From Paludibacteraceae bacterium (GTDB lineage: Bacteria > Bacteroidota > Bacteroidia > Bacteroidales > Paludibacteraceae), in contig JAGBVI010000020.1 of the NCBI GenBank assembly GCA_017630395.1, positions 270 to 64,269 of the forward strand: 64,000 nt of DNA, written 5' to 3'. Below are positions 1 through 9,928 of this stretch, piece by piece. Below the pieces are notes generated by a model. That model did not search any database. It was not told the origin of the DNA and saw only the letters and a program-made list of their open reading frames with translations. Position numbers and translations under genes: made by a program. Within the stretch, counting starts at the first letter, position 1. Every line of letters starts with the position of its first letter.

Positions 1-87
1 GACCTACAGCGGTAGGTATTTTATTATTTATTGTGGTTTGGAAAAACACAAAAACTATTATTACAAAAAACTATTATTTCACAAAAA

Positions 88-2985
88 ATGAAAAGATTTA
101 GATTCTTTTTGTTAGTGGCGTTCTATGCGTTGCTAACAGGAGGTGTGGCTATAGCTGCGCCAGATCCTAATTTTTATGTCTTCCTCTGTTTTGGGCAATC
201 TAATATGGAAGGACAAGGTACAATCGAATCGCAAGACAAGACAGTTGATGGGCGTTTTCAGATGATGTCTTCTTTATCGTGTGGTTCTCGTAAACAGGGT
301 GAGTGGTACACTGCTACTCCTCCGTTGGCTCGTTGTGACACGAAGTTGGGTCCTGTTGATTACTTTGGTCGTACGTTGGTGAAAAATTTGCCGGAAAATA
401 TTAAAATCGGTGTTATCACTGTGGCTGTTGCTGGGTGTGATATCCAATTGTTTGAAAAAGACAATTATCGCTCGTATGTTTCAAGTGCTCAAAGTTGGAT
501 GCAGTCTTCCATTAATCAGTATGGTGGTAATCCATACGGACGACTAATAGAAGTGGCTAAAAAAGCTCAAGAGGATGGGGTTATTAAAGGTATTCTATTG
601 CATCAAGGAGAAACGAACACTGGTCAACAAAACTGGCCGAATCGTGTGAAAGGGGTTTATGATAATATCATTAAAGATTTAGGTCTGAATGCTGCAGATG
701 TTCCTCTTTTGGCGGGTGAAGTGGTACGTACAGAGCAAGGTGGTAGTTGTGGTAGCATGAATAGCATTATTGCTAAATTGCCTAATACAATCTCTAATGC
801 TCATGTGGTTTCAGCCGAGGGGTTAGGACATCAGGGTGATAATCTTCACTTTACTTCTGCCAGTTATCGTACTTTAGGTGAGAGATATGCAAATAAGATG
901 CTCTCTCTTCTTGATGTGGAACCCGGAGGTGAGGGTGGTTCTACATCTCCCAGTGAGCCGGCCGTGGATCGTCAACCCTACAAGGGTGACGCTCAATTGA
1001 TTCCGGGTATAGTGGAAGGTGAAAACTACGATGAAGGTGGTAGCGGTGAGGCTTATTATGATACCGATTCTCAAAATGAAGGAGGTGAATATCGAAATGA
1101 TGGTGTTGATGTGGTGAGCGTAAAAGATGGTTATGCAGTGGGATATACAACTTCTGATGAGTGGTTGGAATATACTGTTGAAGTTGAAGCGGATGGAAAG
1201 TATGTCTTTGAAGCGGTAGCTTCTAACGGGAATACTAATATTGATATTGATTTGTTGTTGGATGGGAAAGAAATTGCAACCATCTCTGGTTCTGCTACTG
1301 CTGATTGGGATACTTATTCTACTATACGCGGAACAACTTCTTCTATTTCCGCAGGAAAACATATTTTGCGTGTGAAATTTGGAAGTAACTATAGCAACTT
1401 AGATCGTATCACTTTCTACTCAGAAGAGGATGCTCCTGCTGTTCCGGAGAGACCTGAAAGTCCTTCTCCAAGTGTAGATCCGGGTGTGTATCCGTTATCT
1501 TATCCGGTGGAAAATACAGGTGCCGCTTGTGAAGATCCTTCTTCGTTGAAAGATGCTAACTTGAAATCTTGTACAACTCTTCCGGACCCTTTTGAATGGG
1601 CCGATGGTAGCGGTCGTGTTACTGATTTTTGTGATTGGGCTTGTCGTCGTAATGAGATTAAAAGAGAGATTGAACATTATGAGATAGGTGAGAAACCTAC
1701 GTTTGATAATCTAACAGCTTCTTATAACAATGGTACGTTAACAGTAAAGATTACCAATGGAGGTAATACTTTGACATTGACTAGCAAGATTTCTATCCCT
1801 TCCGGCAGTGGCCCTCATCCGATTGTAGTGGGTATGGATGGGAATACTGGTAGTTTGTCGGCTTCTCTTTTCTCTAAATGTATTCAAGTACCATTTACTC
1901 ACTCTCAAATTGCTGAGTACAATAGTGGATTTGGTGGCGGAGGACGAAGTCAGAACGACCCTTTCTATAAGCTTTATCCGGGAACTTTTAACACGAAGGC
2001 CGACTATTGTGCGTGGTCTTGGGGAATCAGTCGTATCATTGATGGATTGGAGATTGTGAAAGATCAAATCAATGCTGATATTTCTAAAATAGCCGTTACG
2101 GGTTGTTCGTATGCCGGAAAGATGGCTTTGTATGCAGGTGCATTTGATGAACGTATTACCTTAACCATTGCTCAAGAGTCGGGTGGTGGAGGAATTAATT
2201 CTTGGCGTGTGAGCGATAAGATTGGTTCCTCTGTCGAAGGTATTTCCAATACCAACTATGATTGGTTTTTAACTAGCTTTAAACAGAAGTTTAATGGTAA
2301 AACAAATATGATTCCGTACGACCACCATGAGTTGATAGCCATGATTGCTCCTAGAGCCTTTTTGGCATTTGGAAATCCGGACTATGTTTGGTTGGGTGAT
2401 GAGTCGGGGTATGTCTCTTTAAAGGCAGCAGAAGAGGTTTGGAAGGCGATGGGTATTGAGGATCGCTTTGGATATGTTATTGAAGGAGGTCATTCTCATT
2501 GTCAGGCTTCTTCTAATCAAGATAATGCAGCAAGGAGTTTTATTCAGAAATTTTTGCATGGAGACAATTCCCAAAATACAACAGTCAGACGAAGCACTGT
2601 AAACGCCGAGTATAGCAGTTGGTCAAAGGCTTGGGCGGGGCATTCAATCGTAAATAATGGTTGTGGTAATAGTGATGATGAGGAGGGTGAAGAGACTTCT
2701 GTTTCCTTATCAAAATCTAATGCTGGATATTTCTTATCTTCAACCAGACCTAATCCTGTTACTTCCGGCGAAACATCTTTTGAATTTTCTATTCCGGAGC
2801 GCGGTTTTGTCTCTATTGATTTGTACAATACATTAGGAGTAAGAGTGAAAACAATCGTTGCGGAGGAGTTGAATGCAGGAGAGTATCAGAGGGTTTTGAA
2901 TGTTGAGGATTTGCCAAGTGGTGTCTATTGCTATGTTATGAATGTTAATGGATTCTCATTGTCGCAAAGAATGATAATAGAGTAG
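88..2985 (+). CDS. Secreted multidomain carbohydrate esterase: SASA/SGNH-type acetylesterase + CBM6-like module + CE15 glucuronoyl esterase + T9SS C-terminal sorting domain
   Basis: ORF 31..2985. A signal-peptide-like MKRFRFFLLVAFYALLTGGVAIA begins at ATG 88, which I prefer as the start. N-terminal GQSNMEGQG motif (sialate O-acetylesterase-like family). CBM6-like beta-sandwich block (EGENYDEGG...NLDRITF). CE15 hallmarks: GCSYAGK nucleophile elbow, QESGGGG, GGHSHC. The last ~80 aa look like a T9SS CTD (SIDLYNTLG...GVYCYVMNVNGFSLSQRMIIE). Confidence 0.85.
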   Translation: MKRFRFFLLVAFYALLTGGVAIAAPDPNFYVFLCFGQSNMEGQGTIESQDKTVDGRFQMMSSLSCGSRKQGEWYTATPPLARCDTKLGPVDYFGRTLVKNLPENIKIGVITVAVAGCDIQLFEKDNYRSYVSSAQSWMQSSINQYGGNPYGRLIEVAKKAQEDGVIKGILLHQGETNTGQQNWPNRVKGVYDNIIKDLGLNAADVPLLAGEVVRTEQGGSCGSMNSIIAKLPNTISNAHVVSAEGLGHQGDNLHFTSASYRTLGERYANKMLSLLDVEPGGEGGSTSPSEPAVDRQPYKGDAQLIPGIVEGENYDEGGSGEAYYDTDSQNEGGEYRNDGVDVVSVKDGYAVGYTTSDEWLEYTVEVEADGKYVFEAVASNGNTNIDIDLLLDGKEIATISGSATADWDTYSTIRGTTSSISAGKHILRVKFGSNYSNLDRITFYSEEDAPAVPERPESPSPSVDPGVYPLSYPVENTGAACEDPSSLKDANLKSCTTLPDPFEWADGSGRVTDFCDWACRRNEIKREIEHYEIGEKPTFDNLTASYNNGTLTVKITNGGNTLTLTSKISIPSGSGPHPIVVGMDGNTGSLSASLFSKCIQVPFTHSQIAEYNSGFGGGGRSQNDPFYKLYPGTFNTKADYCAWSWGISRIIDGLEIVKDQINADISKIAVTGCSYAGKMALYAGAFDERITLTIAQESGGGGINSWRVSDKIGSSVEGISNTNYDWFLTSFKQKFNGKTNMIPYDHHELIAMIAPRAFLAFGNPDYVWLGDESGYVSLKAAEEVWKAMGIEDRFGYVIEGGHSHCQASSNQDNAARSFIQKFLHGDNSQNTTVRRSTVNAEYSSWSKAWAGHSIVNNGCGNSDDEEGEETSVSLSKSNAGYFLSSTRPNPVTSGETSFEFSIPERGFVSIDLYNTLGVRVKTIVAEELNAGEYQRVLNVEDLPSGVYCYVMNVNGFSLSQRMIIE

Positions 2986-3017
2986 AATATATAAGCAATT
3001 TTGATTAATTCTTTTTC

Positions 3018-3055
3018 AAAAGGGGCTGCACCAGAATTTTGATGCAGCCCCTTTT
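3018..3055. terminator. Bidirectional intrinsic terminator between the convergent esterase gene and metG
   Basis: AAAAGGGGCTGCA / TGCAGCCCCTTTT inverted repeat with a 12-nt loop. An A-run precedes it and a T-run follows, so it can act on both strands. Confidence 0.8.
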
Positions 3056-3077
3056 ACTGTATTTTTTTGATAAATTT

Positions 3078-5132
3078 TCACCCTACTTCAGCTCCATTTG
3101 TAACTGCTCTTGATGGAGAAATTACGGTGAGCTTGCCATCTTTATCTACGGCAGAAAGTATCATCCCTTGACTCTCTACTCCTTTTAATTTTCTGGTCGG
3201 GAAGTTAGCAATAAAACATACCTGTTTGCCAATTAATTCTTCTGGAGAATATGATTGAGCTATGCCGGACACAATGGTTCTTCCTCCCATTCCGTCATCA
3301 ATTTTGAATTGCAATAATTTATCGGCCTTAGGCACTTTTTGACAATCCAAAACGGTTCCAACACGAATATCCATTTTGCAGAAGTCATCGAATGTTGTCT
3401 CTTCTTTTATCGCATTGGGTTTCCATTCATTCTCTTCGTTTACTTTTTTTGTGTCTTGAAGTTTTTGAATTTGCCCCTCAATAACATCATCTTCAATCTT
3501 TTCAAACAACAATGTTGCTTCGCCTAAATCAGCTCCGGTGGCAAGTAAATCGATTTTGCCTAACTGATTCCAACTGAAATCCGGCATGTTCAACATTGTT
3601 CTTAATTTTGCAGAAGAGAATGGTAAGAAAGGCTCAAATGCAATTGCTAAGTTCGCAGCTATTTGTAAACCGATATGCAAAATAGTTGCGGTGCGCTCCA
3701 TGTCTGTTTTAGCCAATTTCCATGGTTCTGTTTCTGCTAAATACTTATTACCGATTCTGGCTAAGTTCATCGCTTCTTTTTGAGCATCTCTAAATTTAAA
3801 GTTGTCTAACAACGACTCTAATTTTTCTTTAACATTTGAGAACTCTTTCAAGGTCTCTTTGTCATAATCGGTAAGTTCATTTAATGCAGGAACTTTACCA
3901 TCGAAATATTTTTTTGTTAGAACCAATGCTCGATTGATAAAGTTACCATAGATTGCAACCAACTCGTTATTATTACGAGCTTGGAAATCTTTCCAAGTGA
4001 AATCGTTGTCTTTTGTCTCCGGTGCATTTGCCGTCAGCACGTAACGAAGTGTGTCTTGTTTGTTTGGGAATTCAACGAGATACTCATTCAACCATACTGC
4101 CCAATTTCGAGAGGTTGAAATTTTATCCCCTTCAAGATTCAAAAATTCGTTACTTGGGACATTGTCCGGAATAATGTAGCTACCTTCTGCTTTCAGCATG
4201 GCAGGGAATACAATGCAGTGGAAAACAATATTATCCTTTCCGATGAAGTGAATAAGACGAGTCTCTTCGTCTTTCCACCATTTTTCCCAATTGCCGTATT
4301 GAGGGTTGTTATCGCATAGCTCTTTTGTATTGCTGATGTATCCGATAGGAGCATCAAACCAAACGTACAACACCTTACCTTCAGCACCTTCCACCGGAAC
4401 AGGAATACCCCAATCAAGGTCTCTACTCACAGCACGAGGTTGTAAGCCTAAATCGAGCCAACTCTTGCATTGCCCATATACATTGGGACGCCACTCTTTA
4501 TGATCTTCCAAAATCCATTGACGCAACCACTCTTCATGTTGGTCAAGTGGAAGATACCAATGTTTGGTCTCCTTCTTCACCGGTTTTGCTCCGGATAGTT
4601 TACTGATAGGATTTATCAACTCCTCCGGAGATAAGGTGCTTCCGCACTTTTCGCATTGATCACCGTAGGCATCTGTAGCATGACAACGAGGACACTCTCC
4701 AACAATGTAGCGATCTGCTAAAAATTGTTGTGCCTCTTCGTCATAATATTGTTCTGTTGTCTTTTCAATGAACTTCCCATTTTCATAAAGTTTCTTGAAA
4801 AAATCAGAGGCAACTTGATGATGAGTTTTTGAACTAGTTCGTGAATAGACATCAAATGATATACCAAATTCTTTAAATGAATCTCTGATTAAGGTGTGAT
4901 AGCGATCCACAACGTCTTGAGGAGTGATTCCCTCTTTTTTTGCCCGGATGGTAATAGGCACACCATGCTCATCGGAGCCTCCTACAAATAACACTTCTTC
5001 TCCTTTTAGGCGAAGGTATCTTACATAAATGTCGGCAGGGACATAAACTCCTGCCAAGTGTCCAATATGTACCGGACCATTTGCGTAGGGTAACGCAGAG
5101 GTCACGGTCGTTCTTTTGAATTTTTTATCCAT
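3078..5132 (-). CDS. metG: Methionine--tRNA ligase with C-terminal tRNA-binding domain
   Basis: 684 aa. HIGH motif (PVHIGHLAG), KMSKS-like KISTSRN, zinc knuckle [19 protein letters not shown]-terminal EMAP/Trbp111-like domain (DIRVGTV...). Confidence 0.97.
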   Translation of the reverse strand: MDKKFKRTTVTSALPYANGPVHIGHLAGVYVPADIYVRYLRLKGEEVLFVGGSDEHGVPITIRAKKEGITPQDVVDRYHTLIRDSFKEFGISFDVYSRTSSKTHHQVASDFFKKLYENGKFIEKTTEQYYDEEAQQFLADRYIVGECPRCHATDAYGDQCEKCGSTLSPEELINPISKLSGAKPVKKETKHWYLPLDQHEEWLRQWILEDHKEWRPNVYGQCKSWLDLGLQPRAVSRDLDWGIPVPVEGAEGKVLYVWFDAPIGYISNTKELCDNNPQYGNWEKWWKDEETRLIHFIGKDNIVFHCIVFPAMLKAEGSYIIPDNVPSNEFLNLEGDKISTSRNWAVWLNEYLVEFPNKQDTLRYVLTANAPETKDNDFTWKDFQARNNNELVAIYGNFINRALVLTKKYFDGKVPALNELTDYDKETLKEFSNVKEKLESLLDNFKFRDAQKEAMNLARIGNKYLAETEPWKLAKTDMERTATILHIGLQIAANLAIAFEPFLPFSSAKLRTMLNMPDFSWNQLGKIDLLATGADLGEATLLFEKIEDDVIEGQIQKLQDTKKVNEENEWKPNAIKEETTFDDFCKMDIRVGTVLDCQKVPKADKLLQFKIDDGMGGRTIVSGIAQSYSPEELIGKQVCFIANFPTRKLKGVESQGMILSAVDKDGKLTVISPSRAVTNGAEVG

Positions 5133-5156
5133 TATTCTTCAAATTTCTTCTGTTTG

Positions 5157-5164
5157 CAAAGATA
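5157..5164 (-). promoter_or_regulatory. Candidate Bacteroidota -7 box (TAnnTTTG) for metG
   Basis: Plus strand CAAAGATA = TATCTTTG on the minus strand, ~25 nt upstream of the metG ATG. No clear -33 TTTG seen. Confidence 0.35.
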
Positions 5165-5197
5165 CAACTATTTTTTTTATTGTATAAATGATACCTC

Positions 5198-6562
5198 TTA
5201 TTCTATCACACCTTTCACATCCGTTCCTGCCTCTTTAAATTTTTGCGCCATTGTCGGATTATTTTTGGTTAGCTTTTTTATACTAAGGTCTTGCGCTTTC
5301 TCATTGGCTAAGCGTAAGTTGTTTTCTGAACCAATCAAGGCATCTTTTATCTTTTGTAGGTGCGTTATCGACTTGTCTATCTCGTCAATGGCAGTCTTGA
5401 ATTTTTCGCTCGCCAAGCGATAATTCCGACCAAATTTATCCTGAAAATCTAATAATGAATTCTCAAAATTAGTTACATCGATGGATTGACTTCTGGCAAT
5501 TTCCAACTCTTTTTTATAAGCTAAACTCTTCTTTGAAGTTTGTACCAACAACGTGATAATCGGAATGAAAAGTTGTGGTCGTACGACGTACATCTTGTCA
5601 TAACGATAAGAGACATCCACAATTCCTCCATTATATAACTCATTGTCAGGTTCTAAGGTTGATACCAATACCGCAAACTCACATTTTTTCTTCTTACGGT
5701 CTTCATCTAACTTCTTAAAAAAGTCCTCATTCTTATGTTTACTTGCTGTTGTATCCATCTCATTTTTCATCTCAAACATGATGGAAATATATTCGATATC
5801 ATCTTCAAAATCCCGAAAAATAAAATCTCCTTTTGTGCCATCTAATGCATTGTTGTCTTTCTCAAAATAGGCATGAGGCATTATTGGGCGAAGTAGTTGA
5901 TTAAATTGGGTTGAGCAATGTGTTTCTAACGACTCTCCAATCATCTTTGTGGATAATTTGCTCTTGTAATCTTTGTAGTAATCAATCAACTCTTGTTTAT
6001 CTTTCAACTCTTGTTCGTGTCGTTTTATCAATTCTGACTCATGAATCTTTGCCCTATTTTTTTCTAATTCGATTTCATTCTTCACGCGAGTTAATTCGCT
6101 CGTGATATTTTGAATCTCATCTTTCGATTTATTCTGCTCCTCTAACAACAAATTTTTAACTTTCAAATCGTTCTCTTTGATGGCCGAATTTAGTTGAGCT
6201 ATAATTTGGTCTTTCCCGGAGATTGCAAGGGCAATCTCGTTCTTTTTTTGCTCTTCAAATTGTGAAATCTGAATTTTTAGCAGCGAAATCTCTTTTTCTT
6301 TTTCTATCTTGATGGATTCAAATTCTCCTCTTTTTTTTTCTAACTCTTGCTCTTTTGCGCTGAGCTGAGTGTCAAAATCACTTTTGACTTTTGATGTGGC
6401 CAACTCTTTTTCTAAATGGAAACGTTCTTCCATCTCTTTTAGTTGACGTTGAATTTCTGCGGCAAATTCTGAGTTCTTAACCTGATTGACTATAGCTGCA
6501 TAGTCTGCCTCGTCAACAGAAAATGTTTTGTTGCAATTGGGACATTTTAGCTCTCTTTTCAT
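5198..6562 (-). CDS. DUF2130-like coiled-coil protein with N-terminal CxxC zinc ribbon
   Basis: 454 aa. [21 protein letters not shown] start, a long Glu/Lys-rich coiled coil, and a conserved C-terminal globular part. Function unknown. Confidence 0.7.
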   Translation of the reverse strand: MKRELKCPNCNKTFSVDEADYAAIVNQVKNSEFAAEIQRQLKEMEERFHLEKELATSKVKSDFDTQLSAKEQELEKKRGEFESIKIEKEKEISLLKIQISQFEEQKKNEIALAISGKDQIIAQLNSAIKENDLKVKNLLLEEQNKSKDEIQNITSELTRVKNEIELEKNRAKIHESELIKRHEQELKDKQELIDYYKDYKSKLSTKMIGESLETHCSTQFNQLLRPIMPHAYFEKDNNALDGTKGDFIFRDFEDDIEYISIMFEMKNEMDTTASKHKNEDFFKKLDEDRKKKKCEFAVLVSTLEPDNELYNGGIVDVSYRYDKMYVVRPQLFIPIITLLVQTSKKSLAYKKELEIARSQSIDVTNFENSLLDFQDKFGRNYRLASEKFKTAIDEIDKSITHLQKIKDALIGSENNLRLANEKAQDLSIKKLTKNNPTMAQKFKEAGTDVKGVIE

Positions 6563-6579
6563 CTCTTTTCAAGTTGGGG

Positions 6580-7374
6580 TTATTTTGATATGAAAATTGT
6601 ATCGCCGGCAGTGGGTTGAATCCTATTTTTTCGTTTAAGTTTATTGTATCGGCGAATTTGCCATTTCCGCAAATCAAACTCTTCTGCAATGCTATAATAA
6701 CTATCCCCGATTTCTGCAATGACAGCCTTCCTTCCGTCGCTCGAAATAACTTTATGAGTACGATAGGCAGGAATAACACCCATAGAACTTTCTGTTAAAT
6801 AGTCTGCTCGTGGAGCAATGATATTGTTTCCATTTGGAAGTATTTTCTCTTCAACTTGAATTTCTCCGTTGTCGTACTTGTATAATTCGTATGTTTCAAT
6901 TAATCCTATTAATTTCTGAGCATAATCAGGTGCTGTTGCGTAGCCACACTCTTTCAAACCTTTGGCCCATCCTTTATAATCGGTTGTTTTTAATTGAAAC
7001 AACTTTTCGTAGCGAGGCTTTTTTAAGAACTTCGAATGATCTTCGTATGAATCTTCCGGTCTGTTATATTTTCTGAAACATTCTCCTTTTTGGTCATCGT
7101 CATGATAAACTCTCTCTCCATTCCAATCATTGTGACATTTGATTCCAAAGTGATTGTTGCTTTTCTGTGCCAATTCACTTTTTCCGGCTCCGGATTCCAA
7201 TATGCCTTGCGCTAACGTGATGCTGGCAGGAATCCCATGTTCATTCATCTTTTTTACAGCGATTAACGAATATTTCTCTATATAGTCGATGTTAGTTTGT
7301 ATCTTTTTTTGTGCAGTGAGTGCAAATGTGGATAGTAGCAATAAAATTGTTAAAAATAGACCTTTTTTTCTCAT
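6580..7374 (-). CDS. Peptidoglycan hydrolase: N-acetylglucosaminidase domain + C-terminal LysM
   Basis: 264 aa with a signal peptide. Glucosaminidase-type block (ASITLAQGILESGAGKSELAQKSNNHFGIK) and a LysM-like end (IAEIGDSYYSIAEEFDL...NKL). Confidence 0.85.
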   Translation of the reverse strand: MRKKGLFLTILLLLSTFALTAQKKIQTNIDYIEKYSLIAVKKMNEHGIPASITLAQGILESGAGKSELAQKSNNHFGIKCHNDWNGERVYHDDDQKGECFRKYNRPEDSYEDHSKFLKKPRYEKLFQLKTTDYKGWAKGLKECGYATAPDYAQKLIGLIETYELYKYDNGEIQVEEKILPNGNNIIAPRADYLTESSMGVIPAYRTHKVISSDGRKAVIAEIGDSYYSIAEEFDLRKWQIRRYNKLKRKNRIQPTAGDTIFISK

Positions 7375-7547
7375 ATCATTTTCTTTTTTTTAGTGGGAAG
7401 CTGTTTACATTTTAATCTTGAATTGATTTTGAGTTTCATACTCTTTTTTCGGCATCTTTGAAGCGCTTTTAAACCTATCTTCACTATTCTTTTTTGAGAA
7501 TAGTCCATTATTAACTTCAAAAGAATAATAAAAATATTTTTAAAAAT

Positions 7548-7634
7548 CGCTCACAAATATGCTCGAAATAAAATTTAAACAACTTTTGAGTTCTATAAAA
7601 TGAGTTCATGGAACTCACCTTAAATTTCGTTACC
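7548..7634 (-). repeat. Dispersed intergenic repeat, copy A (L unit on the minus strand plus an AAGGTGAGTTC head on the minus strand)
   Basis: Reverse complement reads TTTTATAGAACTCAAAAGTTGTTTAAATTTTATTTCGAGCATATTTGTGAGCG, which closely matches 55984-56020 (AGTTGTTTAAATTTTATTTAGAGCAAGTTTGAGAGCG). Contains the exact 14-mer GAGTTCTATAAAAT at 7588-7601. Confidence 0.7.
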
Positions 7635-7779
7635 TCAAACCTGATGTTATAAACATCATTCGAAGTAATTTACAAAAATAAGAAAATTTCTACTATTATC
7701 CAATATTTCACTTCTTAACCTTTGCTACTATGTAGGGTGAGTGCGAGATGTGACTATGGAACCCGCTTATTGCGTTATC

Positions 7780-9198
7780 TTATAGCGATGTCTTAATTAC
7801 CTTTTTGATAACTTTGCCCTTCTTTGTATCAACATAAACAATGTAAATTCCCTTTTTTAAGGAACCTAAATTGTTAATCCTATTTTCTGTTGATTCTAAA
7901 ATTAAATTTCCGGTCAAATCAAAGAGCGCAACGTATTTCACCCATTCATTGGTTGTTATATTCAATTCGTTGTCATTAAATGTTATGTTAATGTCAATGT
8001 CTGCTTCAATATCATTCACGCTGGTAGAATCGCCGATACCCAAAGTATTCATGATCTTGTTTACCACCTCTTTCCCATCAGCATACCATGTTAATTCTTT
8101 ACGGTTCAGATAGCCGTGAGCCTCTCCGCCATTGTTCGAGTAAACGTTGTTGTCCCATAGTACACAAGGTATTTCATATTTTTTAGAGTTGCCATAAAAG
8201 CACTCTACCCACTTTAGTCGGTCTTCCAAATTATTTTTGTTAGAAATGGAAGTTTCTCCGATTACAACTGCAATATCATTTTTTACAAATTCATTTTTTA
8301 GAGTTGAAAAGTGCCATTCGATGCCGCTTTTCATGCTATTTTCAAATTTAGTTACAGATAGGTCTCCAAGACATAATTCGTAAGGGGCATAGGCATGAAC
8401 CGAGATTGCAATGCGGTTTGTTGCACCTCCTTTATCTGATGGTAATTTGAAGTATTTGTTTCGGCAACCATCCATAGAGGCACAGTAGCCCGGACACATA
8501 ATCATGCGTTCTTTATTGTAGTCGCTGCCATTGTCGCGGATAGCATCTACAGCTATTTGATTAAGATTGTTAATAATTTCAATCGAACTCTTAACTTCTG
8601 ATGTAATATTATTTATGTCGAACCACCATTCATAACTAGTTCCTGTGAGGCGAGGTTCATTGAGTGTTTCGAAAATCAAGTGTTGGTCGTAGTCAGAGAA
8701 GGTGGCTGCTACTTGGCTCCATACCTCCTTTACGTACGTTTCTGATTGTTCCCTAAAGGCTTCTGAAGGGTAGTAATAATCCTTGTTGGTATCGTGGTGG
8801 ATATTCAAAATAACAAACATATTGTTGTTAAAACAATAATCAACCACCTCCTTTACACGTGCTAACCATTGGTCATCAATCTTAAACTCCATATCGTTTG
8901 AATAGTCGGTATGTGTTCCCCAAGAAACCGGAATTCTTATGGTATTGAAGCCGGCTTCCTTTACTGCATCAATCATCTCTTGGGTGGTTTTGGGATTTTT
9001 CCAAGAGATCTCTGCATCCAATCCCGGACGACTATTGGCATCCAATGTATTTCCTAAATTCCATCCTGTTCCCATTAGTTTGACTATTTCCGGAGCTGTT
9101 TTTCCGGTAATTGTTTCTTTTGCAGCTTGTGCCGAAACATTGAACGTTATACCTAATGATAACGCTAATACTGTAATAGTTTTTATAAGCTTATTCAT
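7780..9198 (-). CDS. GH5 endoglucanase/cellulase-family glycoside hydrolase with T9SS C-terminal sorting domain
   Basis: 472 aa with a signal peptide. GH5 acid/base motif FETLNEPR, nucleophile region VVIGETS, CTD-like tail (YVALFDLTGNLI...GIYIVYVDTKKGKVIKKVIK). Confidence 0.9.
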   Translation of the reverse strand: MNKLIKTITVLALSLGITFNVSAQAAKETITGKTAPEIVKLMGTGWNLGNTLDANSRPGLDAEISWKNPKTTQEMIDAVKEAGFNTIRIPVSWGTHTDYSNDMEFKIDDQWLARVKEVVDYCFNNNMFVILNIHHDTNKDYYYPSEAFREQSETYVKEVWSQVAATFSDYDQHLIFETLNEPRLTGTSYEWWFDINNITSEVKSSIEIINNLNQIAVDAIRDNGSDYNKERMIMCPGYCASMDGCRNKYFKLPSDKGGATNRIAISVHAYAPYELCLGDLSVTKFENSMKSGIEWHFSTLKNEFVKNDIAVVIGETSISNKNNLEDRLKWVECFYGNSKKYEIPCVLWDNNVYSNNGGEAHGYLNRKELTWYADGKEVVNKIMNTLGIGDSTSVNDIEADIDINITFNDNELNITTNEWVKYVALFDLTGNLILESTENRINNLGSLKKGIYIVYVDTKKGKVIKKVIKTSL

Positions 9199-9298
9199 GA
9201 TATTCTTTTTTTTTTTATAACTTTAGCAAATATATAACTTTTTGTTAAAAGCTGTTTAAAGAATCTTCTATAAACTACTTCTAAGTCAAGATTTTTAA

Positions 9299-9322
9299 GA
9301 ATATTTTATAGAACTCTCCTTT
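9299..9322 (-). repeat. Dispersed repeat head (S-type, minus strand) in the divergent GH5/cdd intergenic region
   Basis: Reverse complement AAAGGAGAGTTCTATAAAATATTC. Contains the exact 14-mer GAGTTCTATAAAAT (9303-9316). A forward TTCTATAAA box lies 30 nt away at 9266-9274. Confidence 0.65.
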
Positions 9323-9426
9323 AGTTTGTTTTTTTTTTTGTTTATCTTTGTGTAGAATATAAATAACGAGGAGTTTTTGAAATTCTAGTATATTGTTAGT
9401 AATTAGTAATTTAAAATATATTTGCG

Positions 9427-9894
9427 ATGGAACACATAACTATTTTTTGTGATATTGAGTGTTTACAATGGGCTGAGTTAACCGAGGAAGAACAGCAATT
9501 GATAGACTCTGCCAAAGAGGCGACTTATAGTGCCTATGCTCCTTATTCGCACTTTTTTGTCGGTGCTGCTTTGCGTCTGCAAGACGGCTCCATTGTGATT
9601 GGGAATAATCAAGAAAATGCTTCTTATCCTTGTGGATTATGTGCAGAGAGAACCGCTTTGTTTGCTGCTAACTCGCAATATCCTGATTTGCAGGTGACCG
9701 CACTGGCTATTGCGGCAAGAAATGCAGAAGGCTTTTTAAAAACACCAATCACGCCATGCGGAAGTTGCAGGCAGGTAATGTTAGAGGTGGAACATAGACA
9801 AAATGCCCCTATAAAAATTTATTTGTACGGAGAAAATGCCCTCTATCGCATCGCTTCTTCTGAAGACTTGTTGCCTTTACAGTTTACGTTGTAG
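9427..9894 (+). CDS. cdd: Cytidine deaminase
   Basis: 155 aa. Zinc-binding CDA motifs CAERTA and PCGSCRQ. Confidence 0.92.
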   Translation: MEHITIFCDIECLQWAELTEEEQQLIDSAKEATYSAYAPYSHFFVGAALRLQDGSIVIGNNQENASYPCGLCAERTALFAANSQYPDLQVTALAIAARNAEGFLKTPITPCGSCRQVMLEVEHRQNAPIKIYLYGENALYRIASSEDLLPLQFTL

Positions 9895-9928
9895 TCTTGT
9901 CTGCAGATTGCAAGTAGGAGAGAAAAAT

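Noticed and set aside
31-87. N-terminal extensions offered by the ORF track (31-87; also 13968-14072, 27267-27347, 45934-45957, 49515-49523, 55677-55703).
   Set aside because: In each case an internal Met begins a canonical signal peptide, lipobox or family-typical N-terminus. The 14072 start would also overlap the upstream gene by ~90 nt.
874-1362. Antisense or alternate-frame ORFs nested inside long, well-supported genes. Examples: 874-1362(-), 1738-2067(-), 16950-17288(-), 40187-40681(-), 47832-48148(-), 48198-48503(-), 60658-60972(-), 61245-61580(-), and most other 60-110-aa entries in the track.
   Set aside because: They lie wholly within genes with strong family motifs on the other strand or frame. 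Their composition is low-complexity or odd (Ile/Phe/Ser/Leu-rich, typical of AT-rich shadow frames), and they have no recognisable motifs.
9417-9424. TATATTTG -7-like box directly upstream of cdd.
   Set aside because: It ends only 2 nt before the ATG at 9427, so a transcript initiated from it would start inside the coding region. It is probably a chance match, or cdd starts elsewhere, for which I see no support.
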